64,000 nt of DNA. Source: an uncultured Verrucomicrobiota bacterium. GTDB lineage: Bacteria; Verrucomicrobiota; Verrucomicrobiia; CAZIPW01. This document shows, piece after piece, positions 56,436-64,000 of the stretch (the first letter of the stretch is position 1; each line of letters begins with the position of its first letter). Both the position numbers and the translations under genes were made by a program. The notes under the pieces were generated by a model. It was not told where the DNA came from and made no database searches. It saw only the letters and a list, made by a program, of their open reading frames with translations. The stretch lies in NCBI GenBank assembly GCA_964541905.1, contig CAZIRU010000001.1:141490-205489 (forward strand). The letters run 5' to 3'.

Positions 56436-57223
56436 AACCGATTAGCTTCTGCCCATTTTGATGCCTTTTCTGCCAAAAGCTGTGGAGCTTCAATATGGGC
56501 GTTATGGCCGCAGGGGAGCGCCTCCATTTTTGCCGCCGGAAAATGCTCATGTATAAGGGACAAATCCTCCGGCAGCAGATAACGCGCCTTTTCGGCTCTC
56601 AAAAAAAGCGCAGGAATATCACTTAAGTCGTTCTTATCTAATGGATTATTAGCCAAAAGCGGCAGGTCTCTCAAAATAAGCTCGAAATTACAGCTCCAGC
56701 GAAACCGCCGGCCATCCTGCCGGAGGTTCTTTAGAAGTAGTGTCCGGAAAGTCTTATTGGGAATATATTGCCTTAGCTCTTCTTCAGCCTCGTTTATTGA
56801 GGTGATTTTGGCAAGGTTTAACTCTAAACATGCGCGCAGTTCCTGTTGATAATTAGGTATATAAGCCTTCGGAGCTATATCTACTGCGCAAAGCCCGCAT
56901 AAGCCTCCTTGGAATTCCTTGGCGTAGCGGGTGGCCAAAAGCATGGCCAGCTTTCCGCCCAAACTATGCCCCAGCACGAAAAAAGGTTTTTTGCTGCCCG
57001 AGCGCCAATATTGTAAAAAATCTTCTGCGAGTTCCTGATAATCAAGTTTTTGGCTCCAAGGGCTTTCTCCGTGGTCGCGGAAATCTGGGATTTCGACACA
57101 AAACCCCTTTTCGGCCAAGATAGTGCCGACCGGCAACCAGTCGGCCGAACTGGAGCACAGGCCATGCAGGATAATAAATAGCGGCCTATCTTTCTCTCCC
57201 AGAGTGCGAAAAAAGAGTTTCAT
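56432..57223 (-). CDS. alpha/beta hydrolase fold esterase
   Basis: Nucleophile elbow GHSLGG and HG oxyanion motif LFIILHGL. Confidence 0.65.
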   Translation of the reverse strand: MKLFFRTLGEKDRPLFIILHGLCSSSADWLPVGTILAEKGFCVEIPDFRDHGESPWSQKLDYQELAEDFLQYWRSGSKKPFFVLGHSLGGKLAMLLATRYAKEFQGGLCGLCAVDIAPKAYIPNYQQELRACLELNLAKITSINEAEEELRQYIPNKTFRTLLLKNLRQDGRRFRWSCNFELILRDLPLLANNPLDKNDLSDIPALFLRAEKARYLLPEDLSLIHEHFPAAKMEALPCGHNAHIEAPQLLAEKASKWAEANRF

Positions 57224-57270
57224 GCGTATTTGCTTGAGACCATAGCCCTCTGCGGAGAAAATGGCAAAAC

Positions 57271-58224
57271 ATGTCTTTTGCCATTGAGGCAGTCGAGCTT
57301 TCCAAGAACTACGGTCCGATTCAGGCTTTGTGCAGTCTAACCTTTGCCGTGCCCCAAGGGGAGATCGTCGCCTTTTTGGGGCCTAATTCGGCGGGCAAAA
57401 CGACGACCCTCAAGATTTTAGCCGGCATTATGCCCGGCAGCCGCGGCTCGGTGACGGTGGCGGGCTATTCTGCCGCCTATCAATCCCGCGAGGTCAAGCG
57501 CCATGTGGGTTATATGCCCGAGCACAATCCCCTTCCGGAGGACATGACGGTCGAAGAATATCTTTGTTATCGCGCGCGCTATAAAGAGCTGCCGCATGAT
57601 TGCGTGCGCGCACAGGTGCAGCATGTCGCAGAGCTTTGCAATCTCTCCGGCAAGATCGTCAAGCGGCCCATCGGCGTCCTTTCGCGAGGAGTGCGCCAGC
57701 GCGTGGGGATTGCTGATGCGCTTTTGCGCGAGCCCCCCATCCTTATCCTCGACGAGCCGACGATCGGGCTCGATCCGCACCAGGTCTTGCTCTTGCGCGA
57801 TTTGATAGCCTCCATGCGCGGAACGCGCACCGTGATTCTTTCCACCCACATTCTCTCCGAGGCTGAAATCATGGCGGACCGCGTACTCATTATTAATAAA
57901 GGCCAAAAGGTCGCTTTCGGGACTCCCGCCGAGCTTAAAAGTGCTTATGCCGAGGAGTGTGTATGGCAGCTGCGAACGGCGCTTCCCGAGCAGACCTTGC
58001 GCCTTTTGGCGGAAGGTCTGGGGGGCAAGCTTGAAAAACGCGAGGCTCTGCGGCAGGACGCGCGTTATACCGTTTCGCTGCCCAACGAAGCGGCCGCAGA
58101 GGCGCTTTTGAAGAGAGTCCTCGAACATCCTAACGCGGCGCTGACGGAATTTGTTCGCCCCTCGCCGAGTCTTGAAAATATCTTTATGGAGGCGACGTCA
58201 CGGAAAGAGGAGGGGGAAAAATGA
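57271..58224 (+). CDS. ABC transporter ATP-binding protein (ABC-2 subfamily, GldA-like)
   Basis: Walker A GPNSAGKTT, ABC signature LSRGVRQRVGIA, Walker B ILILDEPT. Confidence 0.8.
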   Translation: MSFAIEAVELSKNYGPIQALCSLTFAVPQGEIVAFLGPNSAGKTTTLKILAGIMPGSRGSVTVAGYSAAYQSREVKRHVGYMPEHNPLPEDMTVEEYLCYRARYKELPHDCVRAQVQHVAELCNLSGKIVKRPIGVLSRGVRQRVGIADALLREPPILILDEPTIGLDPHQVLLLRDLIASMRGTRTVILSTHILSEAEIMADRVLIINKGQKVAFGTPAELKSAYAEECVWQLRTALPEQTLRLLAEGLGGKLEKREALRQDARYTVSLPNEAAAEALLKRVLEHPNAALTEFVRPSPSLENIFMEATSRKEEGEK

Positions 58225-58967
58225 GACAAGTTTGGACCGTCTTCAGCGAGGAATTGCGTCGAGCTTTCCGGAGCCCGACGACGTTCGCGTTATTGTCGCT
58301 GTTTTTTCTAATGACCGGCGCGCTGTACCTCTCCGCCTTTTTTCAGGCCAGTACAGAGCCGCTGCGCGTAAGTCCCTTGGCGCTCTTTTGGGAGTTGCAA
58401 TGGTTGCCCAATCTGGTATGGGTGCCTCTCTTGACCATGCGGCTTTTGGCTTCGGAGCGTCGCGCGGGACTTTTGGCATCGACCTTGGCCACACCGATAA
58501 CGCCCTTCGGGGTTGTTTTTGGGAAGTATCTGAGCGCTTTGTTTTTTTACATCTTGGGTTGGCTTTCGGTTGGGCTTTGGGGGATTTTGACCCGCTTTAG
58601 CGGGCTTTCTGCGGCGGAGCTTGCGCTTATTTTTTCGCCTTCGGCGATCGCGGGCGGAGCGCTCTTTTGTTTTGTAAGCGGCTGCGGTTTCCTTGCTTTG
58701 GGACTGTGGTGCAGCAGCCTGACGCATAACACGATTTTGGCGGGTGCGTTGACGATTTGCCTGATGCTCCTTTATATGCTGCTGCCGACTTTTTTTTCAT
58801 CGCTGACGCCGGGGAGCTTCGGCTATTTAAAGCCCTTTGCCCATCTGGAGAATCTTTCCGAATACGTTTCGGGAGCCTTGCCCCTTTCGGTCGCGGTGGC
58901 TTATATGATCGTGGGGATGGTCTTTTTGTTTTTATCGGCGCTTTCGCTTGAGAGGAGGGGCGAATAA
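58221..58967 (+). CDS. ABC-2 family permease (GldF-like)
   Basis: 248 aa with six TM helices. ATGA overlap with the upstream ATPase gene. Confidence 0.6.
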   Translation: MRQVWTVFSEELRRAFRSPTTFALLSLFFLMTGALYLSAFFQASTEPLRVSPLALFWELQWLPNLVWVPLLTMRLLASERRAGLLASTLATPITPFGVVFGKYLSALFFYILGWLSVGLWGILTRFSGLSAAELALIFSPSAIAGGALFCFVSGCGFLALGLWCSSLTHNTILAGALTICLMLLYMLLPTFFSSLTPGSFGYLKPFAHLENLSEYVSGALPLSVAVAYMIVGMVFLFLSALSLERRGE

Positions 58968-60329
58968 ATGCGCATCGTCCGTTTTGAAAAAGCCGAGCGT
59001 TTTCGGGCGCTCAATCGAATGGCGCAGATCGTCCTTTTTGCGACGGCGTGTCTGATGACTTTTCTGCTTTCGTGGAAGCGCTTACCTGTTCTGGACATCA
59101 CTAAAGAGGGGCGCTATTCGCTGACGCCGGAGACGACAGCGTATTTGCGTGCGTTGCCCAAAGAGGTCGAGATTGTCGGCTCGTGGGCGCTTGGGGAAGA
59201 GTCGTCATTGGGCGTTGGGCGATTGCGTGAGCTTCAAAATTTAACGATGGCTTATGCGGCGATGAGTCCTCGACTGAAAGTGCAGTGGGTGGATGCCTTT
59301 CGGGCACAGGCTGAATTTGGCTTTAAAAATCCCTATCGCATACTTTTGCGCAGCGCCGATGCGCAGGTCTGGGTTTCGCCCGAAGAGCTTTATTTTACTC
59401 AGGATGAAATTTTCTTGGGCGAACGTGCTTTGACGAGCGCTCTGTGGCGGCTTTTGCATCCGGCGCGCCCCAAGGTGGTTATCGTGACGGCCTCCGAGCG
59501 TTATAATGCCGATGGCAGCTGGGGCTTTCGTCTTTTGGGGGAGTTTTTGAGCGCGCACAATGCCGAGGTGAGCTATTTGTCGCCAGATGAAGTTTCCCGA
59601 GGTATACCAGCGTGCGAGGCGATTTTTGTACTGGGAGGCGGCGAGAGCCTTTCTACTGAAGCGTTATCTGTTCTCCAGCGACTTTTGAATGACCGCAAAT
59701 GCAATTTGCTGATGGCTTTCGACGAGGCCGCTTCCGAGCCGCTCGTGCGCTTTCTGTATTACAATGGGGTTGTTTGGTCGGGCCTGCGCGTGGAGGAAAA
59801 TGAGATTTTGCAGAAAACCCCGCTGGGCGAAGCTCTGGTGCGCGATTTTGCCCCGCACCCTGTCACGACGGCACTCATCCGTGACGAACGAATGGTTTTA
59901 AGCCGCGGGCGTTTTTGGGCTTTGGAAGCGCGAGGAGCCACTCTTTTGGACGCGACGGTCAAAGGTCTTCTTCAAAGCTCGGCAAAAAGCTCGGCATCTG
60001 AGGATGCCCGCGTGGGCCCGTTTATGCTGATGATGGCTGTGGAAAAAAAGTCCGCGCAGGAGGCGGCTTCGCGCCTGTTGGTTTGCGGCAGCAGCGATTT
60101 TCTTGCCAATGCCTATCTTTCCTATCGGGGCAATCAGGTGCTTATGGAGGGCATTTTTAACTGGCTGGTCAACGAAAATAAACTCCTTTCGATTCCGCCT
60201 CGCACGCGCGCGGCGCATCAGTTGGGAATGACTTCCGTGCAGCTGTGGCGGTTGGGAGCGGCAATCTTGGGTTGTAGTCTTGTTCTTTTGGTGATCGGTG
60301 GGTTAAAATGGATGCTGCGGCCACGCTAG
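58968..60329 (+). CDS. GldG-like ABC-transporter auxiliary protein (ABC_transp_aux family)
   Basis: 453 aa with N- and C-terminal TM anchors around a large soluble domain. Its position after the ABC-2 ATPase/permease pair matches the GldAFG-like gene order. Confidence 0.5.
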   Translation: MRIVRFEKAERFRALNRMAQIVLFATACLMTFLLSWKRLPVLDITKEGRYSLTPETTAYLRALPKEVEIVGSWALGEESSLGVGRLRELQNLTMAYAAMSPRLKVQWVDAFRAQAEFGFKNPYRILLRSADAQVWVSPEELYFTQDEIFLGERALTSALWRLLHPARPKVVIVTASERYNADGSWGFRLLGEFLSAHNAEVSYLSPDEVSRGIPACEAIFVLGGGESLSTEALSVLQRLLNDRKCNLLMAFDEAASEPLVRFLYYNGVVWSGLRVEENEILQKTPLGEALVRDFAPHPVTTALIRDERMVLSRGRFWALEARGATLLDATVKGLLQSSAKSSASEDARVGPFMLMMAVEKKSAQEAASRLLVCGSSDFLANAYLSYRGNQVLMEGIFNWLVNENKLLSIPPRTRAAHQLGMTSVQLWRLGAAILGCSLVLLVIGGLKWMLRPR

Positions 60330-60335
60330 AAAAAT

Positions 60336-61955
60336 ATGAAACTTCGATGGACATTTGTTTTATTCGCAATCAATGCGCTGCTGTTGTGGGGCGTACTTGA
60401 GCACTTGGCAGTGCCGGCTTCGGAACGCGCTTTTGCCGCTCAGGCCAAATCTTTCCTGCCTTTGGGGCGTGGAGAGTGGTCGGGACTGGCAGTCAAACGC
60501 GCGGATGGGAGCTTCTGGAGCGCACAAAAAGATCGCTGGGGCCGCTGGTGGCTTAAGGCCCCTTACGAGTGGCCGGCAAAAACCTTACCGATTTCGCAAA
60601 TAAACGGTCTGCTTTCTTCGCTTGAGGTCGAGTCCGCGTTTGCCGTCTCGGAGCTTTTGAGGGTGGGGCAAAACCTGCGGTCTTACGGCCTTGAAACGCC
60701 GCGAAGTATCCTTGAGGTTAGTAACGCTTCACGTCGGCTTTCCTACAAAATTGGCAACCCAACGCCCTTGGGCGGGAAGCTTTACATCCTCTCTCCCGAC
60801 GAAAAAGAGGTGTGGGTGGTGGATGCCAAATTGGAAGAATGCTTAGCCTATACGCCGGCGCAATTGCGCGAGGCGGGAATGTTCCCTTTTAGCGTGGTTG
60901 AATTGGAAGCGCTAGAGGTAGAGCAGGGCTCGAAAAAAATTCGCTACGAGCGAAAAACGGGAGAGAATCGCTGGCAACTAAAACTTGCCTCCGGCATGCT
61001 GCCTTTGGATGAGGGACGTTGGGATATTTATCTTTCACAGATGAACAGTGCCGAACCTCTCGAGGTCTCTCAAGAAGCGCTCAAGCAAGTCTTCTGTCGG
61101 TTTGGTTTTCAGATGCTTTATGGAAGACGGAATCTTATCGTGGGAGAGAAGACGGCTGATGGGCGGGGTTATTTGGCTGCTTGGGAGGGCTCACAAAGCG
61201 TTTTCGGACTTCCGTCTGAGTTCGTTTCGGCGCTTAATCCAGAGAATTTCCTCGTTTCAAGACCTCTGCCCTTCAATGTCAATGAAATCCTTTCTTTAGA
61301 TTGGACTGTAGGCGAAAAAACGCTGGCCTTGCGGCGCCTCGAGAGTGGGCAATGGGTGATCGCTTCTGCCGACAATACGCCCGCCGACTCAAAAGAGGTT
61401 GAAAATTTACTGGAGCGTCTTTGCGCGCCAGAGGGAAAAATTCAGTTTTTTCAAAGTTCGGAGCTTCCGACACTTTCCGAAAAGCTTCGGCTTCAAACCT
61501 CCGGATGCAATGTCGAGTTTCTGGTCTGGCGCGATTCGGATTCGGTAAAGCTTTTCCATCCGTCTTCCGAAGTTTCCTATCAATTGCCCGCTTTGCCGGC
61601 AGCTCCGCCGGCAGCTTCACTTGCGGATAGGAGGCTTTTTATTCCGCCACTTCCCGAGCCCGAAAGTGTGATCTTTCGTGTGCTGGGCGCGCCGCCCGCC
61701 GAGAATGTGTATGCGGGAGCCTCTCCCCAACAGCAGGCGCTTTGGGCGCTTTTGAAAGCTCAGCCGCGAGCCAAACATTGGGTCGAGCCGCCGTTGGCGA
61801 ATCCCACCCATCAGCTGGAGCTTAAAGTTGACAAGCAAACTTTCGTCATGGATTTTTGGCGGCAGGGGCCGACTTGGATTGGAAGGTTTTCCGGACGCGC
61901 GTTCGAGTTGGACGAGGACTTTGGCGCATTGCTGGATACTTTTCTTTCTTTATGA
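60336..61955 (+). CDS. DUF4340-like protein (commonly encoded after GldG-like genes)
   Basis: 539 aa with an N-terminal TM anchor. The synteny is consistent with DUF4340. Confidence 0.35.
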   Translation: MKLRWTFVLFAINALLLWGVLEHLAVPASERAFAAQAKSFLPLGRGEWSGLAVKRADGSFWSAQKDRWGRWWLKAPYEWPAKTLPISQINGLLSSLEVESAFAVSELLRVGQNLRSYGLETPRSILEVSNASRRLSYKIGNPTPLGGKLYILSPDEKEVWVVDAKLEECLAYTPAQLREAGMFPFSVVELEALEVEQGSKKIRYERKTGENRWQLKLASGMLPLDEGRWDIYLSQMNSAEPLEVSQEALKQVFCRFGFQMLYGRRNLIVGEKTADGRGYLAAWEGSQSVFGLPSEFVSALNPENFLVSRPLPFNVNEILSLDWTVGEKTLALRRLESGQWVIASADNTPADSKEVENLLERLCAPEGKIQFFQSSELPTLSEKLRLQTSGCNVEFLVWRDSDSVKLFHPSSEVSYQLPALPAAPPAASLADRRLFIPPLPEPESVIFRVLGAPPAENVYAGASPQQQALWALLKAQPRAKHWVEPPLANPTHQLELKVDKQTFVMDFWRQGPTWIGRFSGRAFELDEDFGALLDTFLSL

Positions 61956-64000
61956 GAAAGCCGCTTCGATTTTTAGCCGTTGGACTGGGGCTTGGCTTGG
62001 GGCTATTTTATTGTCTGCTGCGCTTCGAATGGCCGTTGCCAACGATGGCCCAGACGGCGATAAAAAAAGAGCTGCAAAAGAAAGCCATTGAACTGGACTT
62101 TGCCTCTGCTCATTTCGATCTTACCGGGAATATTCGCCTGCAGGGAGTAAGCGGACGCTGGAGCGGGCTTTTGAACTTTTCGGCCGAGCAGCTCTTGCTT
62201 CGTTGGGCTTTTCCCTCGCAATGGCGTTTGGTTATCGATTCCGGGCGGCTTTCCACGGCTTTTCTGCCGCTGCCATTGCCGGAAAACATTCGTTTTTGCG
62301 GCGCGCTAAGTTTGCGCGGCGACGAGGTTGAATTTAGATCGTTGCGCTTGAGTACCCCAAAGCTTTCGCTTGTTCTCGAAGGCCGCATGCGCACCGCCTC
62401 CAACAATGGAAACGTCTCCTTGGGGTTGTCGCCCCTTTCGCTTATGAGCCCCGCCCCAAAGGAGATTGCGTCGTTACTGGGAGCGTTTTTTTCTTCGGAT
62501 CAACCCTGGGCGGCCACGCTGCGTTTTTTGGGAGAACGGAGCTTTTTGACATTGTCGGGCAAAGAGCTCAATTTCCAAGGCGCGCGTCTTTCCGCGCCGG
62601 TTGTAACGTTGTTGTTGCCCTCCTCTCGTTTTTTACTTAGCGCCGATTCCCTTGAGGTTGCCTCGGCGCAAATGAAAAAGGTAGCGCTTTCCTATACCGC
62701 CTCCGAAGACGATCTTTGGCGGGGTTTTGTACAGGAGGGTTCCTATTCCAATATGGTGGCTCGCCAGATTTCCTTCCAAACCCATTGGAAAGTTTCGCAA
62801 CTTGCGCAACCTTCTGCGATGCGCGATTTGCAAGGACAGTTGCAGCTACAGGATGCTGCGCTATCTTTTTGGCAAGGGTCGCTCGAGCCGCTCCAAGCGC
62901 AGCTTCGCGGGACTCTGCCGGCCGGTTTTCTAAAGAATTTTAGAGTGAAGATAGAGGCGCCTAGCCACGTGGAAGCCAAATTCGCCAATGGTGAACTCTT
63001 CTTTCGCGCGCGTTATGCCGCCGGCGATTTCTATTCCCTTCCTTTCCGTTCTTTGATAGCAGAAGGGAAGCTTTCCAAGACGGGAGCGGACATTTCAGGC
63101 TTTGTGCTCGAAGACGGTCGTTCGTCGGCCTGCGGGAGTCTGCACTACGATTTTGCGACGCGGCGGGCGCGTTACGCTCTTTTGGCGCGCGCCGATCCGC
63201 TTTTGCTTCCTTGGTTCGGCAAAAAATGGACGCAGGCTTTCGAGCCCGTAGGCGCCAGTTACCCTTTTTCGGCCCTGTGTTTTGAGTCTGTTCCGCGCGG
63301 CCCCTTTTTCGCTTCTGGCGTTGGACTTTTACGCGATCACAAATATCGTTCGCTTTCGTTGGATGAAACGGCTTCTGCCTACTACGCCCGGGAAGGAAAG
63401 GCGCAGGTCTATTTAAAAACCCGCCGCGGAGCCGAAGCTCTCGAAGCCCAATTGCATTTCGATCCCGACTTGACGGCCACGTTTAAGGGAAACGCAACTC
63501 CTGCGAGTTTGGCGGGAGCCTATCTCAATGTGGTGCCGCCGGTCTTGTTAAAATTCGCTTTTTCGCAAATTCCATCGGTTGAGGGGAATATGACGTGGAA
63601 TACGTATAACATTTCTTTAAAAGCTCCGGGGGCTACAAGGTTCTATTCTCTCGAGTTTAGCGATGCGCAGGCAAACGCTCACGGAGAAAAAGAGCGATTT
63701 ACATTAGATTCCTTGGGCTTTGGTTTTGCAGGAGGGCGGGGGAACCTGACGTTGCAAGTGGATGCCCTGGGCACGGGAAGCGGAAATGTAAAAATTCGCG
63801 ATGCCGCTCTGGGGGAATGGTCGCTTTTGGGGCCGCTTTCCGAGCTTATCCGCACCAAGTGGCTTTCGTTTGCCGAACTCAAACTCAACGCTGCCGACGC
63901 CTCCTTTGACTTAACTGCGCAGCGCGTGAATGTTCCCTATGTGAATCTTTGGGGTCGCGAGCACGCCGTTTCCGGCAGCGGTTCCATAGACACGACAACC
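61952..64000 (+). CDS. large membrane-anchored hypothetical protein (5' partial ORF; AsmA/TamB-like length)
   Basis: I read an open frame from the ATG at 61952 (ATGA overlap with the upstream stop) to the window end without a stop, at least 683 aa. It is absent from the ORF track because no stop occurs in the window. N-terminus: MRKPLRFLAVGLGLGLGLFYCLL. Confidence 0.5.
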   Translation, partial: MRKPLRFLAVGLGLGLGLFYCLLRFEWPLPTMAQTAIKKELQKKAIELDFASAHFDLTGNIRLQGVSGRWSGLLNFSAEQLLLRWAFPSQWRLVIDSGRLSTAFLPLPLPENIRFCGALSLRGDEVEFRSLRLSTPKLSLVLEGRMRTASNNGNVSLGLSPLSLMSPAPKEIASLLGAFFSSDQPWAATLRFLGERSFLTLSGKELNFQGARLSAPVVTLLLPSSRFLLSADSLEVASAQMKKVALSYTASEDDLWRGFVQEGSYSNMVARQISFQTHWKVSQLAQPSAMRDLQGQLQLQDAALSFWQGSLEPLQAQLRGTLPAGFLKNFRVKIEAPSHVEAKFANGELFFRARYAAGDFYSLPFRSLIAEGKLSKTGADISGFVLEDGRSSACGSLHYDFATRRARYALLARADPLLLPWFGKKWTQAFEPVGASYPFSALCFESVPRGPFFASGVGLLRDHKYRSLSLDETASAYYAREGKAQVYLKTRRGAEALEAQLHFDPDLTATFKGNATPASLAGAYLNVVPPVLLKFAFSQIPSVEGNMTWNTYNISLKAPGATRFYSLEFSDAQANAHGEKERFTLDSLGFGFAGGRGNLTLQVDALGTGSGNVKIRDAALGEWSLLGPLSELIRTKWLSFAELKLNAADASFDLTAQRVNVPYVNLWGREHAVSGSGSIDTTT

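Overview
The window is a 64-kb piece of a high-GC bacterial chromosome with densely packed, largely housekeeping genes. Several markers suggest a member of the PVC superphylum (Verrucomicrobia/Chlamydia-like); this is inference only. The markers are a GreA-domain elongation factor with a ~450-aa N-terminal extension as in Chlamydia, an exosortase (PEP-CTERM system), and eukaryote-type UDP-sugar pyrophosphorylase.

Main landmarks:
- The sliding-clamp gene dnaN (19604-20731) lies directly downstream of a ~460-bp extremely AT-rich ORF-free region carrying DnaA-box-like motifs, a likely oriC. No dnaA is present.
- An addB/addA-like helicase-nuclease pair sits just upstream.
- Four tRNAs are present: Met-CAT, Phe-GAA, Leu-CAA and Arg-CCG.
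- Gene content includes a glycan/lipid-linked glycosylation cluster (flippase-like protein, GT2, GT39/83-like), miaA, phosphohexomutase, a UDPGP-family pyrophosphorylase, waaA (kdtA), truA, ruvX, rsmE, lgt, a sigma-70-family factor, glgA, a GH57 protein, rplU-rpmA, gpsA, ispA, a Wzm/Wzt-like ABC exporter, tmk-holB, and a GldA/F/G-like ABC trio followed by DUF4340 and a large membrane protein that runs off the window end.

The most unusual locus is a pair of ORFan genes (31190-33073) inserted immediately 3' of tRNA-Leu. They look more AT-rich than their surroundings and have no recognisable domains.

Other oddities:
- A RelE/ParE-like ORF inside the AT-rich origin-proximal region.
- A tandem pair of ~90-nt sRNA-like elements, each ending in a perfect intrinsic terminator.
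- An orphan L11 gene.
- A YhhQ/Vut_1-family transporter gene disrupted by a frameshift.
- A head-to-head exosortase/response-regulator pair whose start codons overlap.
- Degenerate regulators: a mini histidine kinase plus a lone Fis-type HTH protein, and a REC-degenerate-AAA-REC protein.

No CRISPR array, integrase, transposase or rRNA was seen.
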